This document shows positions 46,528 through 56,202 of a stretch of DNA of 64,000 bases, one piece after another. Position 1 is the stretch's first letter. Each line of letters starts with the position of its first letter. The notes beneath the pieces were generated by a model. That model ran no database searches. It was given only the letters and a program-made list of their open reading frames with translations, and was not told the DNA's origin. The translations under genes were made by a program, and so were the position numbers. The DNA comes from Candidatus Nomurabacteria bacterium (GTDB taxonomy: Bacteria; Patescibacteriota; Minisyncoccia; Phycocordibacterales; UBA9973): the NCBI GenBank assembly GCA_023267215.1, contig JAHFNS010000001.1, positions 98,736 through 162,735 on the forward strand, read 5' to 3'.

Positions 46528-47856
46528 ATGCCAAAAATGAAAGTACAATCAAATAGTTCTATTGATTTTGAAGTAAACGGCGGAAAAAAGTTAAGCGGAA
46601 CAATAAAGACTAATTTTTCTAAAAACGGCTCTGTTGGGCTTCTTTGTGCTTCCCTTTTAAATAAAGGAAAAACGACCTTGCACGGTATTGCTCGCATTGA
46701 AGAAGTTTATAGAGTGATAGAAATATTGGAAAGCATAGGAGTGAAAATCAATTGGATAAATCAAAACTCTATTCAAATAATTCCTCCCGTAAAATTTAAA
46801 CTAGAAAATATAAATGTTGAATCAGCGGTAAAGACTCGCTCCGTCGTGATGCTTATGGGCCCGATGATTCATTTCTTAAAATCTTTTTCTCTCCCTCATG
46901 CACAAGGCTGTAGCCTAGGCAAACGCACTATTGCTGCTCATACTTATGCCTTAGAAGACCTTGGAATAAAAATAAAAACGACAAATACGAGTTACGAAGT
47001 AAGCACTAAAAAAATAAAACCAGCTGATATTGTGATGTATGAATCTGGAGATACAGCCACTGAAAATATTTTACTTGCTTCCGCTTTAATTTCAGGTATT
47101 ACCAAAATATCTTTTGCTAGTCCTAACTACATGGTACAAGAAATTTGTTTCTTTCTTGAAACTTTAGGTGTACAAATAGATGGAGTTGGCACTTCTACGC
47201 TAACTGTGCATGGAATAAAAGAAATAAACAAAAATATTGAATATTGGAATAGTGAAGACCCTATTGAATCTATGATGTTTATTGCTGCTAGTATTATTAC
47301 TGACTCACATCTCACTATCACCCGAGTGCCTATAGATTTCTTGTCTCTTGAAATGGAAAAACTAAAAAGAATGCATTTAAAATACAAAATTTCAAAAATT
47401 TATTATTCTTATAACGGCAGAACAAAATTGGTAGATATTGAAATCTTTCCTAGTAAATTAAAAGCCTTAGAGGATAAAATCCACGCAAATCATCCAGGGA
47501 TAAATATAGACAATCTTCCCTTCTTTGTACCTATCGCTATAAAAGCACAAGGTCAAACGATGATTCATGATTGGTTTTATGAAGTACGTATGATATATAT
47601 GAATGAATTAAATCGTCTTGGGGCAAATGTTACTCTTGCCGACCAACACCGTCTCTATATTCAAGGTGGAACACCTCTCAAACCTGCACAAATCGTCTGT
47701 CCTCCAGCTCTTCGTCCCTCTATGGTTATACTTATTTCCATGCTTGGAGCTCCCGGCACATCCATTCTTCGCAATGTATATATGATAAATCGTGGCTATG
47801 AAGAAATAGCAAAACGTCTAAACTCCATTGGCGCCGACATTAAGATTTTAAAATGA
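46528..47856 (+). CDS. murA: UDP-N-acetylglucosamine 1-carboxyvinyltransferase
   Basis: SKN, GCSLGKR, ATEN, RGYE..L..IGA. Confidence 0.92.
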   Translation: MPKMKVQSNSSIDFEVNGGKKLSGTIKTNFSKNGSVGLLCASLLNKGKTTLHGIARIEEVYRVIEILESIGVKINWINQNSIQIIPPVKFKLENINVESAVKTRSVVMLMGPMIHFLKSFSLPHAQGCSLGKRTIAAHTYALEDLGIKIKTTNTSYEVSTKKIKPADIVMYESGDTATENILLASALISGITKISFASPNYMVQEICFFLETLGVQIDGVGTSTLTVHGIKEINKNIEYWNSEDPIESMMFIAASIITDSHLTITRVPIDFLSLEMEKLKRMHLKYKISKIYYSYNGRTKLVDIEIFPSKLKALEDKIHANHPGINIDNLPFFVPIAIKAQGQTMIHDWFYEVRMIYMNELNRLGANVTLADQHRLYIQGGTPLKPAQIVCPPALRPSMVILISMLGAPGTSILRNVYMINRGYEEIAKRLNSIGADIKILK

Positions 47857-48794
47857 ATACACCTCACCCTAACCCTCTCCTTAATAAGGAGAGAGGAAAA
47901 ATCTTACCAAAGGTTATTGTGATATTAGGCTCAACAGCTACTGGAAAGAGTGACCTAGCTGTTAAAATTGCCAAAAAAATCAATGGAGAAGTTATTTCAG
48001 CTGATTCTAGACAAGTCTACAAAAGTCTTGATATAGGCACAGGTAAAATAAGTAAAAAAGAAATGAAGGGTATCCCTCATCATTTGCTCGATGTCGTAAA
48101 TCCAAAGAAAAAATTTACAGTCGCAGAATATCAAAAGAAAGCAATCCACGCCATGGCTCTGATTGTAAAAAAAGGCAAAACTCCCATAATTTGCGGAGGC
48201 ACGGGATTTTATATTGATGCTATTACCAAAAGCACCGTTTTTCCTGAAGTTCCACCGAATTTAAAATTAAGAAAAACTTTAGAAAAAAAATCAGCTCTAG
48301 AGCTTTTTAAAATGTTAATGAAATTAGATAAAAGACGTGCGAAAGATATAAAAGATAAAAATGAAATAAATAATAAAGTCAGATTAATAAGAGCAATAGA
48401 GATAGTTAAAGCTATCGGTAAAGTTCCAAAATTACAAAGTGACACAAACTCTGCCATGGCAAAAAATGTGTCACTATATGAGTTTATAAAAATTGGATTA
48501 TATTTATCGCCAGATGAATTAAAAAAGAAAATAGAAAAAAGAGTTAAAAAAATGTTTAAAGATGGATTGTTGAATGAAATAAAAAAATTAAAGAAAGCAG
48601 GAATATCCGAAAAAAGATTAAAAGAGTTTGGTTTTGAATACGATTCCCCTACTTATGAAAAAGTGGTGAAAGAAACCATAAAATACACCAAACGCCAAAT
48701 GACTTGGTTTAAGAGAGATAAAGAAATTAAATGGATTGATGCCTCAACACAAACAAATTTAGAAAAAATAATTAATGATTTACAAAAGGATTAA
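47853..48794 (+). CDS. miaA: tRNA dimethylallyltransferase
   Basis: GSTATGKS, SADSRQVY, GGTGFY, KRQMTWF. Confidence 0.95.
   Translation: MNTPHPNPLLNKERGKILPKVIVILGSTATGKSDLAVKIAKKINGEVISADSRQVYKSLDIGTGKISKKEMKGIPHHLLDVVNPKKKFTVAEYQKKAIHAMALIVKKGKTPIICGGTGFYIDAITKSTVFPEVPPNLKLRKTLEKKSALELFKMLMKLDKRRAKDIKDKNEINNKVRLIRAIEIVKAIGKVPKLQSDTNSAMAKNVSLYEFIKIGLYLSPDELKKKIEKRVKKMFKDGLLNEIKKLKKAGISEKRLKEFGFEYDSPTYEKVVKETIKYTKRQMTWFKRDKEIKWIDASTQTNLEKIINDLQKD
47861..47896 (+). repeat. REP-like hairpin family B forming the miaA N-terminus
   Basis: ACCTCACCCTAACCCTCTCCTTAATAAGGAGAGAGG, encodes PHPNPLLNKERG. Confidence 0.85.
48438..48475. repeat. Palindrome in frame inside miaA
   Basis: AGTGACACA..TGCCATGGCA..TGTGTCACT, encodes SDTNSAMAKNVSL. 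Confidence 0.65.
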
Positions 48795-49443
48795 AGTTGG
48801 TATCTCTATCATAATAATCTTCTCTTTCTTCTTTCTTTAAGAATTTTACGACTTTGTAGGTAATAGGTGTAAATAATATTTCAACACCTGTTTTAAATAA
48901 ATAATTCGAGATTATTAAGGTGACGAGTAATGAATTCGGTAAAATACCAAAGAAAGCTATTATAATAAAAATGACACTGTCCACAAGCTCTCCAACTAAC
49001 GTCGAACCTATGGTCCTAGTCCAGAGCCATCTACCACGTGTTATTATTTTCATTTTAGCTAAAACAAATGAGTTAGAAAATTCTCCAAAGAAATATGCTA
49101 TCAGACTGGCACAAACAATTCTAGGTGTTAATCCTAAAATAACATCATAAGCAGATTGATTATCCCAGCCAGATGCTGCTGGTAATTTCCCTACTACAAT
49201 AAATATAATAGACATCATAAGTGCCATAAAAAATCCAAGCCAAATAACACTTCTCGATCTTTTATAACCATAAACTTCAGTTAATACATCTCCAAAAATA
49301 TATGAAAGTGGAAACAATAAAGTACCTCCATCAAAGACGAACCATTTTAAATCTATAATTTTTGTCGAAGCTACATTAGAAATGAGTAGAACTGAGACAA
49401 AGAAAACGCTAATAACATTCAGGTATTTAAAATTTTTATTCAT
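48772..49443 (-). CDS. yhhQ: Queuosine precursor transporter (VUT/YhhQ family)
   Basis: ISNVASTK, FPLSYIFGDVLTEVYG, RTIGST..VDS; the longer ORF call runs into the tRNA. Confidence 0.9.
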   Translation of the reverse strand: MNKNFKYLNVISVFFVSVLLISNVASTKIIDLKWFVFDGGTLLFPLSYIFGDVLTEVYGYKRSRSVIWLGFFMALMMSIIFIVVGKLPAASGWDNQSAYDVILGLTPRIVCASLIAYFFGEFSNSFVLAKMKIITRGRWLWTRTIGSTLVGELVDSVIFIIIAFFGILPNSLLVTLIISNYLFKTGVEILFTPITYKVVKFLKKEEREDYYDRDTNFNPFVNH

Positions 49444-49446
49444 TTG

Positions 49447-49517
49447 CGGGCGATGAGAGAATCGAACTCCCGCCAAAGGTTTTGGAGACCTTCGTTCTAC
49501 CACTAAACTAATCGCCC
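49447..49517 (-). tRNA. tRNA-Trp(CCA), CCA tail not encoded
   Basis: GGGCGAT/ATCGCCC acceptor stem, AAGGT-CTCCAAA-ACCTT arm, GTTCGATTC. Confidence 0.95.
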
Positions 49518-49584
49518 TAACATAAACAAAAAGAACAACTTTACGCTGTCAATTTAGTATAGCAAAATAAAGAAAAAATTGAAA

Positions 49585-49743
49585 TTATTTTTTAACTTCT
49601 TTATGCTTCACTTGTTTTTTACACCATTTGCAATACTTTTTGAGCTCGATTTTTTTAGTAACGAGTTTCTTATTTTTACTGGACCAGTAATTGATACGTT
49701 TACAGGTAGTACATGCAAGTTTTATAAGTCTATCTTGTGACAT
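49585..49743 (-). CDS. rpmG: 50S ribosomal protein L33, zinc-binding type (absent from the ORF track)
   Basis: MSQDRLIKLACTTCKRINYWSSKNKKLVTKKIELKKYCKWCKKQVKHKEVKK; upstream of tRNA-Trp. Confidence 0.95.
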   Translation of the reverse strand: MSQDRLIKLACTTCKRINYWSSKNKKLVTKKIELKKYCKWCKKQVKHKEVKK

Positions 49744-49787
49744 ATATATAGAATAATATAAAATCCTTTAAATTGCAAGCCTATTTT

Positions 49788-50924
49788 TTATTTTACAACC
49801 CTCGGCAAGAGGGCACTTAGGCGCGTGGTTATTTCATAATTTATAGTATCAATCTTTTCAGCCATTTCTTCTGCTGTAATTTGTTCTTTGCCTTGATTCC
49901 CTATTATTACAACCTCATCCTCAATTTTTACATTTTTTAAATTATTTATATCAACGACAAACATATTCATGGCAATTCTGCCTAAAATTTTGCATCTTGT
50001 CTCATTAATAAGAACTTCAGCCTTGTTTGATAGTCCTCTATCTATGCCATCAGCATAGCCTTGTGGTATTACAGCTATTTTTGTTGGAGCATATGTCATA
50101 AAAGTTAACCCATATCCTATAGTGTTCCCAGCTGGTAGGGTTTTAATTTGAGCAATCTTTGTTTTCCAAGAAAGTACTGGTTTTAATTCCAATTTATTTT
50201 TATATTGATATTTTATATGTTCCGATGGCCACATACCATACACTCCAATACCAAGTCTGATAATATTATTTATTCCTTTATTTTTTTCATAAACAAGCAA
50301 ACCAGAAGTAGCAGAAATATGTGTCTGTAAATTTTTATAACCAAACTTTTTTGCGATATTTATTGCTTCACCGAATTTTTTTATTTGCTTTTTAGCATGT
50401 GTAAAATTATTTGTATCTTCTATGTTTGCAAAGTGTGCATAAATTCCTGTAAGTTTTATATTTCTACATTTCTTTAGTTCCTCAAAAAATTTAGATAACT
50501 CATTTATCAAAAAACCTTCTCGGCCTAAATATGCATCTATCGGCAAATGTATTTCTTGTTTAATTTTTAATTTTTTAGATACTTTATCTATATTTTTTAA
50601 TTCTTCTAAAGAAAAAACAGATAAAATGGGGCCTAATTTGATAGCTTTATTTAAATCCCCTTTTTTCACATAACCTAAAAGTAAAACTTTCTTTTTACTA
50701 ACTTTTCTCAATAAACTAAGTTCCTCTATACTATTTATTTGAAAATAATCTACATATGGTTCTAGAACTTTGGCTATTTCATTCTGACCATGACCATAAG
50801 CATTACCTTTTATGGCAACAGAAAACTTAGTACCCTTTTTGGCTAAATTTCTAAACTGCTTGATATTATGAATCAAATTTTCTTTTGATAATTCAATGTA
50901 AGAAAGAGGTAAATTATTTTTCAC
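49788..50924 (-). CDS. alr: Alanine racemase
   Basis: AIKGNAYGHG, RLGIGVYG, GYADG, GRIAMN, TINYE. Confidence 0.95.
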   Translation of the reverse strand: MKNNLPLSYIELSKENLIHNIKQFRNLAKKGTKFSVAIKGNAYGHGQNEIAKVLEPYVDYFQINSIEELSLLRKVSKKKVLLLGYVKKGDLNKAIKLGPILSVFSLEELKNIDKVSKKLKIKQEIHLPIDAYLGREGFLINELSKFFEELKKCRNIKLTGIYAHFANIEDTNNFTHAKKQIKKFGEAINIAKKFGYKNLQTHISATSGLLVYEKNKGINNIIRLGIGVYGMWPSEHIKYQYKNKLELKPVLSWKTKIAQIKTLPAGNTIGYGLTFMTYAPTKIAVIPQGYADGIDRGLSNKAEVLINETRCKILGRIAMNMFVVDINNLKNVKIEDEVVIIGNQGKEQITAEEMAEKIDTINYEITTRLSALLPRVVK

Positions 50925-50929
50925 AATAT

Positions 50930-51901
50930 TTATTTAACGGTAGTTTTTAATTTTTGTTCTCTTTTAAATCTTTCTACTGCTAAGTCAATCAATCTATCTA
51001 ATAATCTAGCTAGCGGCAAACCACTTGCTTCCCATAATTTTGGATACATACTTATTGATGTAAATCCTGGAATTGTATTAATTTCATTAACAAATATTTT
51101 TCCATCTTTCTTAACAAAGAAATCTACCCTTCCCATACCTTCACAACAAAGAACTTCAAAAACTTTTACAGCTATGTTTTGAACTTTTTTGACAATATCT
51201 TTTGAAAGTCTAGCTGGTATTAAAAGATCTGCAGCTTTGTCGTCAAGATATTTAGCTTTGTAAGAATAAAAATCATTAATCGGAACTATCTCTCCCGGGA
51301 TCGAAGCTTCAGGATTTTCATTTCCCAAAACAGAACATTCTATCTCTTGTCCTTCTATAAATTCTTCTAGAACAACCTTACTGTCATAATTAAAAGCATC
51401 TTTTACTCCAGCTAAAAATTCTTTTTCATTATTTACTTTATGAATACCTACAGAAGAACCCATGTTTGCTGGCTTTATAAAAATAGGCAAACCCAATTTT
51501 TTTTCTAAATCTTTAAAAGAAATTTTTTCTTTTTGTTTTATTGTCACAAATTTACCGATAGGAATACCTGCTTCTTTGAAAATTCTTTTCATTACATCTT
51601 TATCCATAGAAACAGCCGAACCTAAAACACTAGGACCAACAAAAGGTAAATTTAAAATTTTTAATAATCCTTGCATGCTTCCATCTTCTCCAAATGGTCC
51701 ATGAAGAACAGGAAAAATGACGTCTACTTTCTTAAGAGAATTTAAATCAAATTTACCATCTCTATTTATTTTAATTGGGAATATCTGATATTTATTTTTA
51801 TCTAATGCACTAATCACGTTTTTTGAGGAAACTAAAGAAACATCATGTTCTGCTGATTTACCTCCAAAAAGTATACCTATTTTTAACTTCTTTTTTACCA
51901 T
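50930..51901 (-). CDS. ddl: D-alanine--D-alanine ligase
   Basis: GGKSAEHDVS, LHGPFGEDG, GSSVG, NEINTIPGFT. Confidence 0.96.
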   Translation of the reverse strand: MVKKKLKIGILFGGKSAEHDVSLVSSKNVISALDKNKYQIFPIKINRDGKFDLNSLKKVDVIFPVLHGPFGEDGSMQGLLKILNLPFVGPSVLGSAVSMDKDVMKRIFKEAGIPIGKFVTIKQKEKISFKDLEKKLGLPIFIKPANMGSSVGIHKVNNEKEFLAGVKDAFNYDSKVVLEEFIEGQEIECSVLGNENPEASIPGEIVPINDFYSYKAKYLDDKAADLLIPARLSKDIVKKVQNIAVKVFEVLCCEGMGRVDFFVKKDGKIFVNEINTIPGFTSISMYPKLWEASGLPLARLLDRLIDLAVERFKREQKLKTTVK

Positions 51902-51940
51902 ATTTTGAGTATAACATTTATATTTATAAATAAAAATAAT

Positions 51941-52825
51941 TTAATTATCTAAAATATTAACCATTTTTTCCATATCTATAAATCTCCCTTCTTCAGTCGA
52001 GCCTAAGACAGTAATTGCCACAATGTGTCCGTTTTTAGCCTTATAGATTATAGTTAAATTCCCTCCTGCTAGCGGAGTAAATCCTGTTTTAGAAAACAAA
52101 ATATTTGGTATTTTATCTAAAATCACATCAGTATTTTTAATATTATGTTCAAAACCTGAAAGAGATTTTATCTTTATTTCTGGCAATATTGTAGCACTGA
52201 AAATTTCAGGATAACCTTTAAAAGCATATAAAGCTAGTATATTCATACCTTCTGCTGTAGCAGAAGCTCCTGCATGACTCTCGTCTATATCTAATCCGGT
52301 AGGATTTAAAAACAAAGTTTTCTCCATTCCTATCTTTTTTGCTTTCAAATTCATTTGTTCTAAAAAATTATTAACACTTTCTGCTAAAGCATACGCTCCA
52401 TCATTCACAGAACCTATCAAGGTGAATTTAGCCAAATCTTCTATTTTAAATTTTTCATTCACAAAAAATCCATAATCACTTTCTTGCTTTAAAGCATTTT
52501 GAGAGATAAAAATAACATCACTTTCTTCGTGTTTACTTAAAGCTAAGATGATCGTCATTATCTTCGTAAGTGAAGCAATGGGCATAGAAACATCATCGTT
52601 CTTTGCATAAATTTTTACCCCTTGAGTCTGATCATAGATAGATATTGCCCTAGCTTGAATGGAAGCATTAGTGAGTATGTTTTGTATTTTTTCTATTTTA
52701 GTTTCTTCATTGTTAAATAAATTATCTAATTTTTTATTTTCAATAAAAAATAAAATTGCCTCTAAGGCAAGAATAATTAAAATAAAAAATAAAAAATAAT
52801 TTTCTTTAGATATCTTCATCTTCAT
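51941..52825 (-). CDS. D-alanyl-D-alanine carboxypeptidase (S11)
   Basis: ASLTK (SxxK), SVN, NPTGLD, KTGFT. Confidence 0.88.
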   Translation of the reverse strand: MKMKISKENYFLFFILIILALEAILFFIENKKLDNLFNNEETKIEKIQNILTNASIQARAISIYDQTQGVKIYAKNDDVSMPIASLTKIMTIILALSKHEESDVIFISQNALKQESDYGFFVNEKFKIEDLAKFTLIGSVNDGAYALAESVNNFLEQMNLKAKKIGMEKTLFLNPTGLDIDESHAGASATAEGMNILALYAFKGYPEIFSATILPEIKIKSLSGFEHNIKNTDVILDKIPNILFSKTGFTPLAGGNLTIIYKAKNGHIVAITVLGSTEEGRFIDMEKMVNILDN

Positions 52826-53366
52826 TCTTTATTTCTTCTGCTAAATTTTGTGAACTAGATTCTATCGTGGTATTTATTAATTCATAATCTGGTAATTCTT
52901 CTACAGATTTAACACCCATGAAAGAAAGTAATTCGAAAGTAGGCTTATAAATATAACGTCTACTATCTAAGGGGTCAACACTTTTTTCTATGAGTCCTCT
53001 TATAGAAAGCGCTCGCAGGGTGAAACTAGAATTTACACCTCTTATATAATCTATCAATGCACGGCCAACTCCATTTTTATAAAGGATAACAGAAAGAGTT
53101 TCTAGGCTTGCTTTTGAAAGCTCTTTATTTAATTCTTCTTTTTGTAATTTTTCTATAAGGTCTGAGAGTTCTCCCGCAGTACCCAAAGTAACCTCATTCT
53201 CTTTTTCTTGCAATACTATTCCTCTACCCTTCAGGTTTTCTTTTAATTTTTCTAAAGCTTCATTCATTTCCATCTGCTCCACACCCAAAAATTCAGAAAG
53301 TTTCTTCCTAGACATTGGTTCTCCTTTAAAGAAAAGTATTGCTTCTATTTTTTGTTCTAAATCCAT
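52806..53366 (-). CDS. scpB: SMC-Scp complex subunit ScpB
   Basis: IEAILF, LSKASLETL, IRGVNS. Confidence 0.92.
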   Translation of the reverse strand: MDLEQKIEAILFFKGEPMSRKKLSEFLGVEQMEMNEALEKLKENLKGRGIVLQEKENEVTLGTAGELSDLIEKLQKEELNKELSKASLETLSVILYKNGVGRALIDYIRGVNSSFTLRALSIRGLIEKSVDPLDSRRYIYKPTFELLSFMGVKSVEELPDYELINTTIESSSQNLAEEIKNEDEDI

Positions 53367-53427
53367 AAATTATTATAAATATTAATAACATTTAGAGCGA
53401 AGGCTCAAAAATTCTTTAGCAAAATCT

Positions 53428-54165
53428 TCATATCTGTTTCTCTATCAATATGTCTTCAAAATTATTCTCCTGCACGACATGGAGAATTCCCTGCCTCACA
53501 AGTTCTAGCATAGCAAGAAAACCAACAATTACAACTACCTTTTCTTCTCGCGTCTTCGCCACCCCAGAAAAGTCTCTAAAACTCATTTTTAGTGCCCCTT
53601 GTATTCTCTCGGTCAATTTATCAATCATTTCTTCTATGCTCATCACTTTTTTCACTTCCACTTCTGGTAAGAATACTTTTTTGGGCATTCTGCCGAGAGC
53701 ATCTTTCGCAAAAGTCATCATAGACTCTTTTGTGATTTGCTCATCTGGTAAAAATACCAAGACTTCATTCTTTCTTTCAAGTGGAGCAAAAATTATTTTC
53801 TCACCAAACCTCTCTTTGATATGCCCTGCGAGCTTCATATAAGTCTCGTAGAGTTTCAATCTGTCTTCTAAGTTGTGTATGTCACTTTCTTCTTCAGAAG
53901 TTAAATTCAAATTTGGTAAAAGTGATTTTGATTTTATTAAAATGAGTGTCGCTGCGACGACGATAAAACTAGAAATCTCAGAAGGATCTTTCTTCTCTAA
54001 TTCATTTACATATTTCAAGTAGTCTTCAGTGACTTGAGCTAAAGATAAATCATTGATAAAAAACTTCCTTTCTTCGATCAAAGAAAGCAATAAATGAAAC
54101 GGCCCTTCATAGGCGTCTGTTTTTATCTTATATAAATCTTTTGTCACTTCGGCTTCTTCTCCCAT
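53428..54165 (-). CDS. scpA: Segregation/condensation protein ScpA
   Basis: YEGPFHLLL, LILIKSKSLLP, FLAMLEL. Confidence 0.92.
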   Translation of the reverse strand: MGEEAEVTKDLYKIKTDAYEGPFHLLLSLIEERKFFINDLSLAQVTEDYLKYVNELEKKDPSEISSFIVVAATLILIKSKSLLPNLNLTSEEESDIHNLEDRLKLYETYMKLAGHIKERFGEKIIFAPLERKNEVLVFLPDEQITKESMMTFAKDALGRMPKKVFLPEVEVKKVMSIEEMIDKLTERIQGALKMSFRDFSGVAKTREEKVVVIVGFLAMLELVRQGILHVVQENNFEDILIEKQI

Positions 54166-54193
54166 CCTTATAGTATATACCTTTTTTTATATT

Positions 54194-54592
54194 TTATCTA
54201 TTTAAATAAGTAACGGTGAGCTGTAAGACAGTCGCAAACATAACCCATAAAAGATATGGAATGTTGACAAGAGCAACCCATTTCACATATGGATAAATGA
54301 TTATCAACGCCCAAATCAAGGTTCCTAAAACGAGAAGTATGTCTATCGCTGCTAAATAATTGTTCTGCAAAGTAAATTGGAAATAAGTAAAAGATAAATT
54401 GAAAATAAGATTGAGGATAAAAGGAATCAAAACAAAAACTGGTAATTCTTTTTTGAAAACTTTATAAAATACTGTCCCAAAAGAAAAAATAATAATTGCA
54501 TAAAGTACACTCCACACTGGACCAAAGAGCCAAGAAGGTGGAGCCCAAGATGGTTTTATAAGTTGCTGATACCAAGAATAAGATGTATTCAT
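54194..54592 (-). CDS. tspO: TspO/MBR tryptophan-rich sensory protein
   Basis: WY..L.KPSWAPPSWLFGPVW, PYLLWVMFA. Confidence 0.9.
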   Translation of the reverse strand: MNTSYSWYQQLIKPSWAPPSWLFGPVWSVLYAIIIFSFGTVFYKVFKKELPVFVLIPFILNLIFNLSFTYFQFTLQNNYLAAIDILLVLGTLIWALIIIYPYVKWVALVNIPYLLWVMFATVLQLTVTYLNR

Positions 54593-54604
54593 AATTATAT
54601 TTTA

Positions 54605-55354
54605 TTAATTAATAATCATGCTTAAAACTTCCCCCTTCTCATTTGTAGTATATGTAAAATTCTTTTTTTCTTGAATATGCCCATCTTCATACATTACAGT
54701 TCCTGACTTTTTTTCTAAATCAATAGTGTTAGACAAAACATGCCAAGAACCACCTAATACAGCTTTTACAGGAGAAAGGCTAATTATATTATCTTTCAAA
54801 TATTTTTCTACATTCTCTCTTTCTGTTAAGTCAGAACAGGAAACATCATTAAGGGTCAAAGTATAATGAATATCTGGATTCTCTGTATAAGCATAAACAC
54901 CATCACCTCTATCAGCCGTCCCTCCAAATCCCACACTAGCTGTACCTTCTCCAAAGATTATTCTCTGCTCTTCCATCACATTCATTCCTTCACCAAATGT
55001 ATTCCACCATAAGTCTGCAGTACGGCTCATGCTCATTTTATCAACAGGGCTCACAGTACCTACAAATTTACCCACTTTACTATCTTTTTGAGCTGGAAAA
55101 AAATTTAATTCACCTGTTGCATTCGTACCACCTTCTCCACTAAGTAATAGTCGCAAAGTAAATTTATCATAATATCCACTATCATCATAAGGCTTGCCAT
55201 ATTTAGCAAAACAAAGTTCGATTGGTTTAATGTCAGTATTAGTGCCTATTGTATTTATAGGTTTAAATATATTTATACCACCTAAAAAGTAAAGCCAATA
55301 CACAAAACAAAGCACTATGATCAACGATATTATAATTGTTATTTTTTTAGTCAT
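54605..55354 (-). CDS. Membrane-anchored hypothetical protein
   Basis: N-terminal TM; C-terminal AVLGGSW..YEDGH domain. Confidence 0.75.
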   Translation of the reverse strand: MTKKITIIISLIIVLCFVYWLYFLGGINIFKPINTIGTNTDIKPIELCFAKYGKPYDDSGYYDKFTLRLLLSGEGGTNATGELNFFPAQKDSKVGKFVGTVSPVDKMSMSRTADLWWNTFGEGMNVMEEQRIIFGEGTASVGFGGTADRGDGVYAYTENPDIHYTLTLNDVSCSDLTERENVEKYLKDNIISLSPVKAVLGGSWHVLSNTIDLEKKSGTVMYEDGHIQEKKNFTYTTNEKGEVLSMIIN

Positions 55355-55392
55355 ATCATTTATGACGCCAATTTCATACTTTCATTACAATA

Positions 55393-56109
55393 CTATTTTA
55401 GCGTAATGCTTTTTATTATTATTGGTTCAAGGGGTTTATCAGAACTATCTGTCTTTACAGAATTTATTGCGAGAGCTACATCCGAACCCGCAATTACTTT
55501 ACCAAACACAACATGCTTCGTATCTAAAAAATTATTATTAGCAGCATTGATGAAAAATTGACTACCGTTTGTGTTTGGTCCTGAATTCGCCATTGCTATC
55601 GTACCTAGATCATTTTTGTTATTAGAATTTAATTCATCATCAAATTTATATCCTGGATTTCCCGTACCCCAAGAATCTTTTTTAGAATCATCTTTAGAAA
55701 GTGGGTCTCCTCCTTGACTCATAAAACCTTTGATCACTCGATGAAATTTAGTCTCATCATAAAAGCCCTTTTTTGCCAAAGTAATAAAATTCTCTACAGT
55801 TTTTGGCGTATTTGGATTAAATTCTATTTTAATGTCTCCTTTGTTTGTATGTAATATTGCACTCATAATTTTTTTGTCATCGACTTGGTTATTAATATTT
55901 TTATCTTTTGTACTATCGACAGGTGTTTGTGTTTGTTCCTGTGCTTGTAATTGTGTTTGATTCTCGGATTTTTGTGCAGGAGAATTAGATAATAAACTAG
56001 CTAATTTTTGTTCTTCCTCACTTGGTACTTTTTTTTCGCTTGGCATAGAAAGCCAATAACCTGTTCCAAGTGCTATAAGTATCAAAAATCCAATTCCAAT
56101 TTTACTCAT
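55393..56109 (-). CDS. Cyclophilin-type peptidyl-prolyl isomerase, membrane anchored
   Basis: FHRVIKGFMSQGGD, AMANSGPNTNGSQFFI, HVVFGKV. Confidence 0.94.
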   Translation of the reverse strand: MSKIGIGFLILIALGTGYWLSMPSEKKVPSEEEQKLASLLSNSPAQKSENQTQLQAQEQTQTPVDSTKDKNINNQVDDKKIMSAILHTNKGDIKIEFNPNTPKTVENFITLAKKGFYDETKFHRVIKGFMSQGGDPLSKDDSKKDSWGTGNPGYKFDDELNSNNKNDLGTIAMANSGPNTNGSQFFINAANNNFLDTKHVVFGKVIAGSDVALAINSVKTDSSDKPLEPIIIKSITLK

Positions 56110-56164
56110 TTTTTATTTACTAATTAAATCTTATAATTTTCTTATTATATATTAAATTTTGCAC

Positions 56165-56196
56165 ATACAAAATGCCCCCTTGGAGGCATTTTGTAT
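56165..56196 (-). terminator. Hairpin terminator after the SWIB gene
   Basis: ATACAAAATGCC-8 nt-GGCATTTTGTAT. Confidence 0.75.
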
Positions 56197-56202
56197 TAAT
56201 AA

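Noticed and set aside
49444-49503. Extended yhhQ N-terminus or a preQ1 riboswitch
   Set aside because: The region is tRNA-Trp; there is no room for a riboswitch
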